Shown piece after piece: positions 39,201-53,800 of a stretch of DNA of 64,000 nt. The translations under genes and the position numbers were made by a program. The notes under the pieces are model-generated. The model was given only the letters and a program-made list of their open reading frames with translations. It was not told the DNA's origin and searched no databases. The DNA is from Octopus sinensis (lineage: Eukaryota), in contig NC_042999.1 of the NCBI RefSeq assembly GCF_006345805.1, positions 97,278,001 through 97,342,000 of the forward strand, given 5' to 3'. How positions within the stretch are numbered: position 1 is the stretch's first letter; the number at the start of each line of letters is the position of its first letter.

Positions 39201-42200
39201 ACCCCATGTCGAATTTATCAATTTTTTTCAGAACTGGGGGAACTTTTCAAAATTTTCGCTTCGTTAGTTTTGAATTATGACATTGGGCTATGTGTGTGTC
39301 AAGTTTCATCAGAATCGGTTGAAAGCCGTGGTCAGGGTGAGGGTACAAGCAAACAGACACACAGAAAACGCACAGACAAACTGCCGTTTATATAGAGAGA
39401 GATTATCTATGCAGAAACTGTCATATTTTAATATCATTGTTGAAAAATACAAGTCATACTAGTGGGTAAAAGTTTAAATTGCATCCTGTAAGTAAACAAC
39501 ATCACCTGCAACAGTATTACATTATGTAGATATTGTAACCAAGTAATTTGCAGCAAACTAACTAAATTTGACAAAGTTCTTTATGAAATAAAGTCATTTT
39601 ACAATAAAACTGAGATTAGTAAGCATTATGAAAAAAATGTAATCCCAGAATAGAGATAGTACATGCTCGTGAATCACTATAGAAAAGTGAGAAAATTAGG
39701 ACACCATATTACAAGATTTTTCTCAATATCCGCAATTTCCTTTCCCTATTATGTACTTCTCTAAACTTTAGGCTAATTTCAGTGTGATTATCATTAGTTC
39801 AAACTTAGTAATCATACTAATTTCATCCATTCTTCTCCACCATTGTATGTTCTTTCTCTTCAGTGTGGAAAATAAGAATTTGTTTTGGTCAAGATATGAA
39901 AGAAATCATGACAGAATGTGAACAGTTGTCAGCACAACAGATAACCCATACAATTAGGTAGCATAATAGATTACAGCTTAAGAAACTAAGGACTATTATA
40001 TCATCACCATTTCAACATCCACTTCTCAATGCTTGCATGGGTTGGATGGAATTTACTGAGGCAGATTTTCTATGTTTGGATGCCCCTCCTGCCACCAACC
40101 CACTCTGTTTTCAAGGCCTTGTTTCCCCATGGTCAGACATGTTCTCAAAGAATATTGGAAATATATGGCACTGCTTATATGTCAGTGACAATCATTTTAC
40201 AACTATCACACAATGTCAGAACAAGGAGTAAGACACACACACACACACACACACATATATGCATGACAGTTTTTTTTCAGTTTTAGCCTATCTAATCTAT
40301 TCATAGAGCTTTGGTTGGCCTGAGGCTATAGTACAAGACACTTGCCTAAGGTGACAGCAGAGGAACTGAACCCAGAAACATGTGGTTGGGAAGCAAACTT
40401 CTTAAGACACATCTATGCCTGTGCCTAAATAGATACAAATAAATTTTACAAAGTCACAGATCTTTGACATAAATAACAAAGAATTTTACCAACTTAGTTT
40501 ACCACTGCAAAAACATACACACACACACACAAGTTTTACAAACAATTATGATTATGTTAGAAGTTGAAATTCTTAAACTAATATAAACTTAATGCTAACT
40601 CTTCTTATAAAACAGCTAAAATGACTATACTAACACCAACTAACGACATACAATAATTTCTGTTCTACTAACATGCGCATTTCATATGCAGTATATTGCT
40701 ATATTTTGCAAACGTACCTCTGAAAAAGAAAAGATCATGATATGATACACAAATTTTATGAAAAGATTTGAAATGAGCACTTATGCAAGAAAATCTTTTG
40801 AAATAAAATGCAGTGTAATGAATAATATAAAGCACTGCATACAGGGTATAACTAGCTATACCTCTCCACATCCCCTATTAGCACTTAATTTGTCTTTAGA
40901 ATTAGGAGTGTTTGTTCTAGTTTCATGAAAGTTGTCAACATTTCAATTGGCTATCTGGTATGACACTTCTTCAACAATAATTATCCAGTGCAATTCCTCA
41001 TTATTCAGGCATCATAATGGGAGGGAAACAAGAGTAGAGAGAAATGGAATGGTGGTGGTAGGGATCAAGTAAAGACAAATCTAATGTTTTCCCTATTTAC
41101 ATGAGTGTCATATCATCAACATCCTTGTTTAACATCCACCTTTCATGCTGGCTGGCATAGGTAGGACAATTTGACAGGAGCTGGCCAAGCAGAATATATA
41201 TGTGCAAGTTCCCATTGCTACCCCAATTTTAATGCAAGCACAGCTGATCAGGTTTTCTCCTGTGTCATGTCTCACAAATTGCCATGGTCCTTTGTCATCA
41301 TCTTCATGTAATGCAATACCTTGAGATCACTCTTCATCCCAAGCCTTCCTTTGTCTCACTCTTCTACAGGTTCCATACTTGACTCTTCTTTGTACAGCTG
41401 TCATCTTTCATACACATCACATGCTCATATCAATACAGTCTCCTTTCTTGAGTGCTACATCTGATATCTTCTTTATCCAGGTTTTCTCTCAGCTCATTTA
41501 TACTCCATCATCCATGTATACTAACATTATACCTCCAGCAGAGCACTTTCACACCATTTCTTTTTGGTATTTGCAAATCCTCTGTATTCAATGTCCACTG
41601 CTACACTGCATCATCACATTTTGTATCCAAGCTTCAAAAAATTTACTCTTCTCTCTAAAGGAGAAGTCCTTTGTTGTCAACAGAGATAATAATTCCCTGA
41701 ACTTCCAGTCTGTTTTTACACTAGCTACTATGTTTTTCAAAAAAACCTACCCTTACTGCTACTGAGCTTATCTACCTGACACAAGCTGGCAGCTGCTTGG
41801 GCAGTTAAGCCAAATCTATTTCTCCATGTACTCTAAGTACTTACTGCTAGCTGGCCTGTTACACCACTACATCTCTCCTCTCGTGCATCCATTGTTTACA
41901 CTGGGTGCATCTCATGGAATCTCCTCTTAATCTTTTTATGCATGTCAAGCACAATCATTTCCTTGACTATAGCAGGGCACACTGTCTTCTTTCATACTTT
42001 CCTCCTTAAAATATATTTTACTCGGGTAAATGAAGCTATAATTCTCCACAATGACTGAGTAGTTTCACCTCAACAGAAAATCTTATTGAGATGAAACATG
42101 CCAGTCACTGTGAAGAATTTTACTATCTAATCCCTCAATAATATATATACTGTATCATCTTCATCATTTAATGTCTTCTTTTCCATGCTTACATTGGTCA

Positions 42201-45200
42201 AACAGAATTTGTTACAGCATGTCTTCTACAGCCAGATGTCCTTCATATCACCAACCCTCACCTGTTTTCAGGCAAGGTAATATTTTCCTTCGGGGAAAGA
42301 ATGGAAACAAACAATATTTGTATGATGAAGCACATTTACAACCATGATGTGATATCAAGATAAGGGCATACACAAACAAATTATGTGTATGTGTATAGGC
42401 CTTTTCCAGTTTCTCTCTACCAAATCCACAAAGTTTTGGTTGACCTGGAGCTATAGTAGAAGATACTTGCCAAAGTGTCATACTGTGGGATTGAACCTAG
42501 GACCACATGATTAGAATGCAAGCTTCTTATCCACACAGCTTAAAAAAAGTGACATGCATTTTTTTTCTGTAAATATGTATTGTATTTTACCAAGAACACG
42601 CCTAAATAGATTTGTAACTATTTCCATGCCTTTTTACATGCTACCCTTACAACACAATAAATTTTAGGAAAAGAAGCCTCACTATTATTTCATTCCTCAA
42701 ACATTTCTGTAAGGCTTTATTTTTCATTTAAAAAAAAGAGAAAGACCTAATTTAAACAAAAAACACCAGGAGTGGCTGTGTGGTAAGTAGCTTGTTTACC
42801 AACCACATGGTTCCGGGTTCAGTCCCACTGCGTGGCACCTTGGGCAAGTGTCTTCTACTATGACCTCGGGCCGACCAAAGCCTTGTGAGTGGATTTGGTA
42901 GACGGAAACTGAAAGAAGCCCGTCGTATATATGTATATATATATATATATGCGTGTGTGTGTTTGTCCCCCTAGCATTGCTTGATAACCGATGCTGGTGT
43001 GTTTATGTCCCCGTTACTTAGCGGTTCGGCAAAAGAGACCGATAGAATAAGTACTGGGCTTACAAAAAGAATAAGTCCAGGGGTCGAGTTGCTCGATTAA
43101 AGGTGGTGCTCTAGCATGGCCGCAGTCAAATGACTGAAACAAGTAAAAGAGTAAATGAAAAGGAGCAAAAGTCTTTTTATCAGTTAGTTTTCAACCTACA
43201 CAAACGGGTCTTTATTTAAACACACTAACATTATACTGAACTATTTAATATTCAATGAATTCTATGACTTACATAAAATAAATACATATATTCATATATA
43301 TGACCTATAATTATTATAAGGATTCCACAATATTTCTAAACATTCTCTCTCCATACATACACTCACTATCTATCTATCTATCTAAACACACACACACACA
43401 CACACACACATTCATGAGTATGTGTCTGTAAGAATATATACACTGAATTTTACTTTAGCATAATGAAAGTTCTCTAGATACAGTTTTTATTCTTTTCAAT
43501 TCCGCAGAACTTAACTGCTTTCAAGTATGTACATGTGTATATGTAAATTTTCACACACACACACACACATTCATGAGTATGTGTCTGTAAGAATATATAC
43601 ACTGAATTTTACTTTAGCATAATGAAAGTTCTCTAGATACAGTTTTTATTCTTTTCAATTCCGCAGAACTTAACTGCTTTCAAGTATGTACATGTGTATA
43701 TGTAAATTTTCACACACACACACACACACACAAAGAAATAGTTAAGTTTTTCAGGAAACAGTTCTAAAGAAAGTCAAAAAGTTTTTTTTTTTAATCTATT
43801 ATTAAAATGAACAACAGGACAAGAGACAACTTCTAGTGACTTTTTGATGTGTTTTTTTTGGGGGAGGGGGATTTTTTTTTTTACTTCTTTAGAGTAATGG
43901 CAGCAGAGAAAGAATAAATGGGCGGGAGTTTGGTAAGCAGGTTAAAGAAACAATTAGAATAGAATTTTATAAATGAGTGGTGAAATGTCAATAAGCAGAG
44001 AAAGAAATCAGAAATACCCTGAAAAGAAGTACATAATATAAATGATAATATAGAACTGAAATCAACTGTGTTTACCTCGATATTTGAGGGAAGTGAAATA
44101 AAGTTTAGATACTTTAATACTGCTTATACTGGTTAGCCATTGTGAATTCCACTTGATACAGCAGCAGCAGGAAGTAAAATAGTCTGGCGAGATGGATGTA
44201 GACACAGAGGAGAGGAGAAAGATGTGCGTGTGTGTTTGTTGAAGGGAGACAGTAGAGGGAAAGTGGAATATTAAAACAAACTATCCTTTAATTCCTATCT
44301 TCCTCCTTCTCCTCAACCTCCTCCTACTACTACCACTACAACTACCACATCCTCTGTTAGAAAGGATGCTGGTATTGGTTAAACTCTAAAGCAGTGGAAC
44401 ACTACTATGATGACTACTGCACCTTCTCTCACATGTGACACATTCACTGTTGGCCTACATATATAAGTGTCCCAAATAAGACCATTTTATTTTATCTGAG
44501 TCACATATTAACAGCAAAGGAGGAAGGCAAGCACATACATACAAAGAAAATTTTAGTGAACAAAAAAAGATGAAGTTGATATGTTCCTTTCAGACTTTCA
44601 GTAAACTGCAAAAACTTCTTAGGGGAGTGGACAATGGAATGGAATATTACTACTATATTTGACAATATGTCATCCTAACCAAAAATATAATTGACTCTTA
44701 CTATGATTACTTCAACTAACACCATTCTGTTACTGTGCTAAAGACCAAAATAACATCTTTGTGATGAAGAGAAAAAGAACGCACTGGTTCCACATGTAAA
44801 CATTGCAATCGCCAACAACAGTAAAAATGTAAATAAACGCCAATATAGCTAGTAAAACTGTTTTAATTGGACAATGACTAACCAAACCAAAAAATTGCAT
44901 GAAAACAGAGAGTCAAAGGGAGAAGAGCAATAAACAGTAAAAATTTAAAATTATGTAACCTTAAAGTTTTTGTCTGTAAGGTGGAAGTTTGTAAGAATGG
45001 ATGTAGGTGCTATCAAAAAGTATAGGGTTTTAGATAATCTGTCTTAAAATTATTCATAAATTAACATTTATATTATTTCACACATATACACATTCAAATT
45101 AATTACATGTACATATTCAGATTAATTTGTACACTAATTTACAGAATAATAATAATACTTCAATGAGAAATAGAGAAATTATTTGTATGTATGCATATGC

Positions 45201-48200
45201 ATACACAAAAATACTTGGTTTAATTGTTTTGATCTTTTTGTCAGGACACTTTGAATAGAATACTTTTCAATGCTTAAACATTAAAAAAATAATTTGTATT
45301 TTAATTTTGTTTGAACTAATGAATTAATAATCCAAAATGTCAATTACGCAGTCTTCTCTAATTATGCTCCCAATAAAACAATTGCTCCAAATTTGCCCAA
45401 ACCATCCCACATGGAAAAACTATTAGAAATAGTTTATTAGAAACTAAAACCAATTAACCACATTTCTCATATATCTTTCTACTAGTTTTAAAGCTTAGTA
45501 AAACACTTTTTTAATGAAATACAAGCTTCCTTTAGCAACAAACAAGACAATTAAAACAAATTAATGAAGTTAAATCAGATATGGCAATTTTCAAAAATAA
45601 AACTTGTTCCTATTTTCAATGCTTTTTAGTCAGTTTTAGTGTGTGGCTATAAGCCAGCGCTCTGCAACCTTTTTCACTTGCAGTATATTTATACTCCTTT
45701 CAAAATTCAGCGACAAACCTGAACTAAAAATATAACTGAAAGTATAGGGTAAAACATTATATTCAGGTTACACTGCAGCACACCTAGCATCGTCTTGTGG
45801 CACACCAGTGCGCCACAGCAAACCACTTGCAGAGCACTGATATAAGCTATAATCATTTTGTATCTAAGTATATTTCAGTACAGTAGTTACAGCCTCACAT
45901 TCACAAGTTATTAATTCTTGATATATGTGGATAAATAACATAGAAATGTTATAAGTCTATGTTGTTGTACTACTTAGAGCTATGCTACAAGTTATGGCCA
46001 GCTTTATCTACTAGTTACTGATATAGACTCACAGCAGCCAACTTGACTCTGGTCAATGTTTTACATCCAATCAACAACACTATGTATGTTCTGCACTGTG
46101 ATAGTTGATTCTAAATGGCACTTTTCACCTCTCTATAAATATAAGGAGGTACAGCTCAACACTGAAAATATGTGATAAACTATTTATTATTATTATTGTT
46201 CAATGTAATCAACTAAGCCCATCTCACAAAATTTCAGGCCTTGTGCCCATAGCAGAAAGGATTATAATTATTATTATTATTGCTGTTGTTGTTATTTTGT
46301 TTTGTTTTTACAGCTTGCACAGCTGCTCTGAAATCCACACATGTAGGTTGGAAGAGAATTACAGGCTTGTCAAGTTGATTTGCTCTAAATATACTTGGAA
46401 ATTTCAGTGGGGTGTGGGGGTCACTAATCAAAAATGGATTATGGGACTTCCATACTATACTGGCATAATATAAGACTTTCTGAAAGGAATACATGCATTT
46501 CTTTACTTCAGAAATTAAAATTTTGTTTCTTTCTTTTCTTTTTCAATTTCCTAAATTATTAGAAATATTTATAAAGTAGATTGACAGGAAAAAAACCAAA
46601 AAAAAACACTAAAAAAACACTAAGTGAAAGAAAAATTCCATCTGTTATTGTCCTATATTATAGGATAATATATTGTACATACATATATTCTATACAGTAA
46701 TATAACAGTACAATTAGTACTAATAAATGTCAGGTTCAGAAATAGGAATAAAGAAAATTTTAAGAAGTAACCAAGTTAAAAATGACGTGGCCATGAGCTG
46801 AATGAGGGCACAAAGATAGCTTTTTGCTATTAAAACAGAAAGGTATAGAGCTGACTGATGAATAACCATTAATACAACAACCCATCATAGATACCATCCT
46901 TAAAAGAAACAAAAATTTCACATGTTTAGATAAGCTGAGAAATGCTTGGATACACATTAAAGAACCCCAAATAGATCTGAACTCAAGTTCTGCAAGCTGA
47001 TTAAGCAAGTGTCTTAAGCATTTAATCATTTCACTCTTTTATGACCCTATTTTTAATGAAATATATAGCCCAAGTGTTTCAATTCAATATGAAAATAATT
47101 ATTTGTAGAGATTTAATAAAACAACTAATTTTATCATCTATTGGTACTTTAAACTAGCATTTGGAAAGTTTAATATAAATACGAACACATTAAAATAAAG
47201 GTTTTGTAGTACAGAACCAAATGTGGTCTTAGGTAAGTTAGTATGAAAAGTGTCACAGGAATGAGGAAAATAACTGAAGATATAAAATGGTTACTCAATA
47301 CTATAAGGAATACCACAGAAAAGACTTACCTTTGCAAGGAGCCTATTTGATAAGTTCATATACATAATATATTTATATTTTATAATATCAGATGCGGATT
47401 GGAAATGAATAAACTTGTAATGATTTGTAAAGTTTACAACTTCCAATATATATAACTGCTCTTTGTATTGAGTGATTTTCCACACTACATTTATAAATGT
47501 GTGTATATAATGAACTTATGTACCTCAGATAAAAAAACAGCTTAGCTAGTTTATTCTTTAATATTATTAATACACATATTCTTAGAATTTACCACACACG
47601 TTGAATTAAAAGACTATGACACTGATTAAAGTAATTCCAGCAGTGATAATATTAATTTCTGACCAAACCAATGTCACTTACCATCAAAGAAGTATGAGTC
47701 AATACATGTTAGTTATAGATCATTTACCAGTCAAACAAATATAAAAGAAAATAGTATCAGTATTATGAAATAAATATAGAGCTGACAAAATTTCTCATTT
47801 TAATCATTAGGTTTCAAATAATTTATCAAGTGGGAAGGAGGAAGGAAAAGAGAATATGTAAAGAAAAAAAAGCATAAAAATACAGAAATTATAACTACCT
47901 CATACTTAACATAAAAACTAGATTTAAAATGACAAGTAAAATATATAAAACTACCAGTGATACCTGGCCTTGCTAAGGATTAAAACGGGATAGTTTTTTC
48001 ATTGTTTTACTTGTTTCAGTCATGTGACTGTGGCCATGTTGGAGCACCGATGCATATATATATATATATTACTCTTTTACTCTGTTATTTGTTTCAGTCA
48101 TTTGAGTGTGGCCATGATGGAGTACCGCCTTTTAGTTGAAGAAATCGACCCCACCACTTATTCTCTGTAAGCTTGCTGCTTATTCTATTGATATCTTCTG

Positions 48201-48480
48201 CCAAACCGATAAGTTACAGGGACATAAACACACCAACATCAGTTTCTAATCAATGGTGGTGGTGGGGAGAACAATAAAAAGACACAAATACACATGAATA
48301 TATATATATATATGACAAACTTCTTTCAGTTTCTGTAAACCAAATCAACTGACATAGCTTTGGTCAGCCGAAGGCTATAGTGGAAGGCACTTGCCCAAGG
48401 TGCTACGCAGTGGGACAGAACCCCGAACCATGTGGTTGGGAAGCAAGCTTCTTAGCACACAGTCACACCTGTGCTTATAT

Positions 48481-48542
<62 letters not shown>

Positions 48543-50767
48543 GGGGGAGAGAGAGAGAGAGGGGGAGAGAGAGAGAGAGAGAGATTCAAATGAATATGGT
48601 ACTTAAGCCAGAGGCACCAGAATTTTGTATGGTATTATCCATATAAATCCATGGGGTGATTATAATCAAAATAAGCAACAAGTATATCTTCGGTAATTTA
48701 GTACGATTGTTTCATGCTACTTCATTTTATTAAACATTGTCAGTATTACATCAGTTTTAAAATGTTGAGCAATCTTCAGCCATTTATAGAAGTCTTCCAT
48801 CAAACGGACAATACATATACTTATTTCCATTTCGTTTGCCAACATTATAAAGAGGGTAGATATACAGACAGAGAGGTTGATTTGATTGTTAAGAACATGA
48901 CAGTAACAATCAAATCAACCTCTCTGTCTGTATATCTACCCTCTTTATAATGTTGGCAAACGAAATGGAAATAAGTATATGTATTGTCCGTTTGATGGAA
49001 GACTTCTATAAATGGCTGAAGATTGCTCAACATTTTAAGACTAATGTAATACTTACGATGTTTAATAAAATGAAGTAGAATGAAACAATTGTACCAAATT
49101 ACCGAAGATATACTTGTTGCCTATTTTGATTATATATATGTACATACATATATATATACATATATATGCACACATATACATATATATACACACACACACA
49201 CATATCTATACATATTAGACCCAGGAAGAGGTAGACCCAGGAAAACCTGGGATGAGGTGCCGGTAGCACGTAAAAAGCACCATCCGATCGTGGCCGTTGC
49301 CAGCACCCTGGCCCCTGTGCCGGCGGCACGTAAAAAGCACCACCCAACTGTGGCCGTTGCCAGCGCCGCCCCGACTGGCCTCCGTGCTAGTGGCACATAA
49401 AAAGCACCATCCGATCATGGCTGTTGCCAGCTTCGCCTGACCCCTGTGCCGGTGGCACATAAAAAGCACCATCCGTCCATGGCCGTTTGCCAGCCCCGTC
49501 TGGCACATGTGCAGGTGGCACGTAAAAAGCACCCTCTACACTCACGGAGTGGTTGGCATTAGGAAGGGCATCCAGCCGTAGAAACACTGCCAGATCAGAC
49601 TGGGCCTGGTGCAGCCTTCTGGCTTCCCAGACCCCAGTTGAACCGTCCAACCCATGCTAGCATGGAAAGCGGACGCTAAATGATGATATATATATATATA
49701 TATATAAGATACAAATATATACATATATGTGTGCGTGTGTTTGTGTGTGTGTATATATATATATATACATACACACACAGACAAACATGTATATAAATAC
49801 ATAGTGGAACTAATATATATATATATAGTGAAAGTATTAAAACTGAAAGTATTACCTCACATTACAATAGAAATGTTATTGTTTCTCTTTTGACAAGTAA
49901 TACTGAAATAGTGTAAGAGATAAGAGATTGCTCCGTTGAATATCTTTTTGGCCCATGACACTGCATGGACCCTAAGTAAGATACGTGTAAAATTTGAATG
50001 AAATCAGTTGGATAGTTCTCAAGTTTTAGCGATGTACACACACATTCTCAGTTTTATATCTAAAATGGGATAATCTATTCAAATTTAAAATTTATTATTG
50101 TATAAATCTGCAAACAGAAACATGAAATATAGCTTGTTTTCAGAAAAGCAACTGAAGAAAGCCCTAGCTGATGTATTGACCAGCATACTGTGCACAGTCA
50201 TCATCATCATCATCATCATTTAACATTTACTTTTCCATGCTTGCATGGGTTAGATGTAATTTGTTGAAGCAGATATTCTGTGGCTGGATGCCCTTCTGGT
50301 TACCAACTCTCACCTGTTTCTAAGTAATGTAATGTTTTATTTTAGTTTGACGTGTTTTTTCACAGAGAGCTGGAAACAAACAGCCTTGCTTGATGATGCT
50401 CATTTACGACCATCATGTCATATCTAGATAAAGGTACATATACATGCATATTTATGTGTGTGTGTGCGTGCGTGCGTACAAGTGAGTGAGTATGTATATA
50501 CAATGAGTTTCTTTCAGTTTCCACTGACTAGATCCACCCATAAAGCTTTGTCAGCCCAAGGTGATGCAGTGGATAACTTTTCAGTTATCCAGATTTTACA
50601 ACTTCTGCATATTTTCCAGTGTAGGAACAGCTGTGGATGTAATCAGTCTTCTTTGATATTTCCAGATAGTTAAAGACAATGAGATTGATGGTTCCCTCAT
50701 ATTTTCTACAGATCCTGCATTATGGTATCTGTTACATTCTTGGTAACACAATGATGATAGGATCTGC

Positions 50768-50808
<41 letters not shown>

Positions 50809-53800
50809 ATGATGATGATGATGATGATGATGATGATTAAGGTGATGACCTAGCAGAATTGTTAGCACACTGGGCAAAATGCCTAGAAGCATTTTATTCA
50901 CCTTTACATTCACAGAAGTCAACTTTGTCTTTTATCCTTTTGGGGTTGATAAAATAAGTATCAGTTGAGCACTAGGATCGATGTAATCAACTTAGCCCTA
51001 TCCCTGAATTTGCTGGCTTTCTGCCACAATTTGAAAACATGATTAAGGTGGTGAACGGATAGAATCATTAGCATGCCGGACAAAATGCTTAGTGGCATTT
51101 CGTCTATCTTTACATTCTGAGTTCAAATTCCAAAGTCGGCTTTGCTTTTCATTCTTTTGGGGTTGATAAAATAAAGTACCAGTCATGTATGGAGGTTGAA
51201 GTAATTAACTGCCCACCTCCCACAAATTTTCAGGCCTTGTGCTTATAGCAGAAAGGATTATTGTCATTATGATTATTTAGAGCAATGGATGATAAATTCA
51301 TTAAAAAGCATTGGACAAAATATCTTATAGTATTTGTTCCGACTCCTTACATCTTCAGTTTAAATCCCATAGGATCAATAAAATAGTCAAATATTAGGAT
51401 CAATTTAATTAACAACTTCCTTCAAACTCATGACCTTATGCCAATGTTAAAAATTATTGCTATCAGGAGCAGAGAAGTATTGAAGTGAAAGAAATGGTAC
51501 AGTGCCAAATCAAGTGACTTTTGGTATTTAATTATATCTCTTGATACAGAGCTTAAATCCTCAGATTAACTTTTAAATCCTTCAGTGTCAAAAAAATCTC
51601 GTGCCAGTCATTGACTATATTCCTTCCATATAATTTTGTGGTTTCTTGCCAGAATTAAAATTTACAGATGGAACACAATTTTCAGCCCCAATTTTCATAC
51701 ATCAAGGGCAAGCAGTCTTTTTAACTCATATAGACTAAATATGGTAACAAAGCTAGACATGATCCTGTTTCCTTCATACTTCGAAAAGTGCACATTTATC
51801 TGAAACAATATCAGCATTATTAAATGTCTTTAAAGCTAAACTTCATTCTTATTCTTTTCCCCAGTTGTATTGTCATGGCTCTCAAAATCATTTAGAAACA
51901 ACTATTAAAGTGGCAAACTAGTAGAATTATTAGCATGCCAGACAAAATGTTTGGCAGCATTTCATTTATCTTTATTTTTTGAATTCAAATTCTGCCCGGG
52001 TCGACTTTGCCTTAATGGGGGGTGGGGGTGGAGTCAATGTAAGTAACTAGCCCTTTCCCTGCAAATTCCAGGCCTTGTGCCTATAGAAGAAAGGATTATT
52101 ATTATATTATTATTATTATTGTGCAACATTTGATAGTTTCAGGCAGATTTCTATTGCATCAACTGCTACACCCTTGTGCTGCTGAAAAGTGTGTAGCATT
52201 GTGTGTTCTTGCTCGTGTAAGGGGAGTACAGACTCTTCCTAGCACAGTATTGCATCAGTTTCTTTTGTTGTGGGATTTGCCTTGAATTTCTTGTATTAAT
52301 ACTTGTATTGCATACTGTGTATGTCATGCAAGTCATGTTCTTCTGTTGGGTATCTGACTTGTAGAATACATGTTGTTGAGGTTGTTTTTATTGGACATTT
52401 ACTGTATAAAGTGTATCTTGTGTTTGTGGATTGTTTTATTTGAGTAAGCTATCAAATTGATATCTTCCATAGGATGTGGGCTGTTCCTAGTAGGGATATT
52501 TTTTGGATAGTGTGTAGTGTTGAGGGTGCCAGGTAAGACTTCTACATTTTTATTCATTTTTTTTTTCTATCATACTTAATGCTCCATCTATTACTGGTAC
52601 TGTTTTTACCTTTATGCCTCACATCCTGAATACTTCAGTTTCAAGATCTTTGTACTTTGACAATTTCTCCACTTTGTTTTTGGACAATATTTTGGTCAGA
52701 AGAGACTGCAATGTCTATCAGTAAGCAGGTATTTTTTTTTTTCCAATCCTTGATTATTATGTCCACATGATTAGTTTCGATTTTTTTAGTTCGTTTGAAT
52801 AGGCATATCCCAGATGATTGTGCTCTGGATACTGTCATGTACCTTGTTTGACATATGTTTATACCATTACTAGTTAATTTTTATGTTGTAGTGTTTGCAC
52901 ATTGTTCACTGAATATAACTACTTACTTGGTTACATTGCCCAGTGGATATAACTTTAGCAAAGGCAGCAAGCTGGCAGAATCATTAGTGTGCCAGGCAAA
53001 ATGCTTAGCGGTATTTCATCTACCACTATGTTCTGAGTTAAAATTCTGTCGAGGTTGACTTTGCCTTTCATCCTTTTGGAGTCAATAAATTAAGTACCAG
53101 TTAAACACTGGGGTCAATGTAATCGACTAGTCATCTCCTGCCAAATTTCAGGCCTTGTGCTTTTAACAGAAAGGATTATTATTATTATTATTATTATCAT
53201 TATTATTATTGTGGTGAGTGGATAAAATCCTTACCACAGACAAAAATGCTAAGCAGTTCATCTGCCTTTACATTCTGAGTTCAAATGCCACCATGGTTGA
53301 TGTTGCCTTTCATCCTTTCAGGGTCAATGAAATAAGTACCAGTTGAGTACTGGGGTCAATGTAATTGACTTATCCTTCCTCCATAATTTCAGGTTTTGTG
53401 CCTATAGCAGAATGGATTATTATTATTATTAAGGTGATGAGCTGGCAGAATCATTAGCACACCAGACAGCATTCTGTCCGTCTTTGTTTCAAATTCAAAT
53501 TCTGCCAAGGTCAACCTTGTTTACATCCCTTTTTTTGATGGAGTCAATGAAATTAGTACCAGTCATGTACTGGAGTCAATGTAATCAACCAGCTCTCACT
53601 CCTAATTTCAAGCCTTGTTCCTATAGAAAAAAGGAGGAGGAGGATCATCATCAGCAACCAGGTGAAATTGTTAATGGCATTTCATCTGTCTTTATGTTCT
53701 GAATTATAACTCCGCCAAGGTTGACTCTGCCTTTCATCTTTTCGAGGTTGATAAATTAAGTACCAGTGAAACACTAGGGTCAATGTAATTGACTAGTACC

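Noticed and set aside
42769-42845. tRNA genes at SINE heads (also 5990, 18455, 28557, 48470, 56935)
   Set aside because: A/B boxes are present but run into SINE bodies with no closed acceptor stem.
49265-49535. CRISPR-like array (conserved ~17-nt core at ~62-bp period)
   Set aside because: The intervening sequences are homologous to each other, there are no cas genes, and the array is part of an RTE 3' UTR in eukaryotic DNA.
50596-50770. Possible second R4/Dong fragment beside the (ATT)n/(ATG)n tract
   Set aside because: Only faint resemblance (PIII..., ITSTAV...); too degenerate to call by eye.
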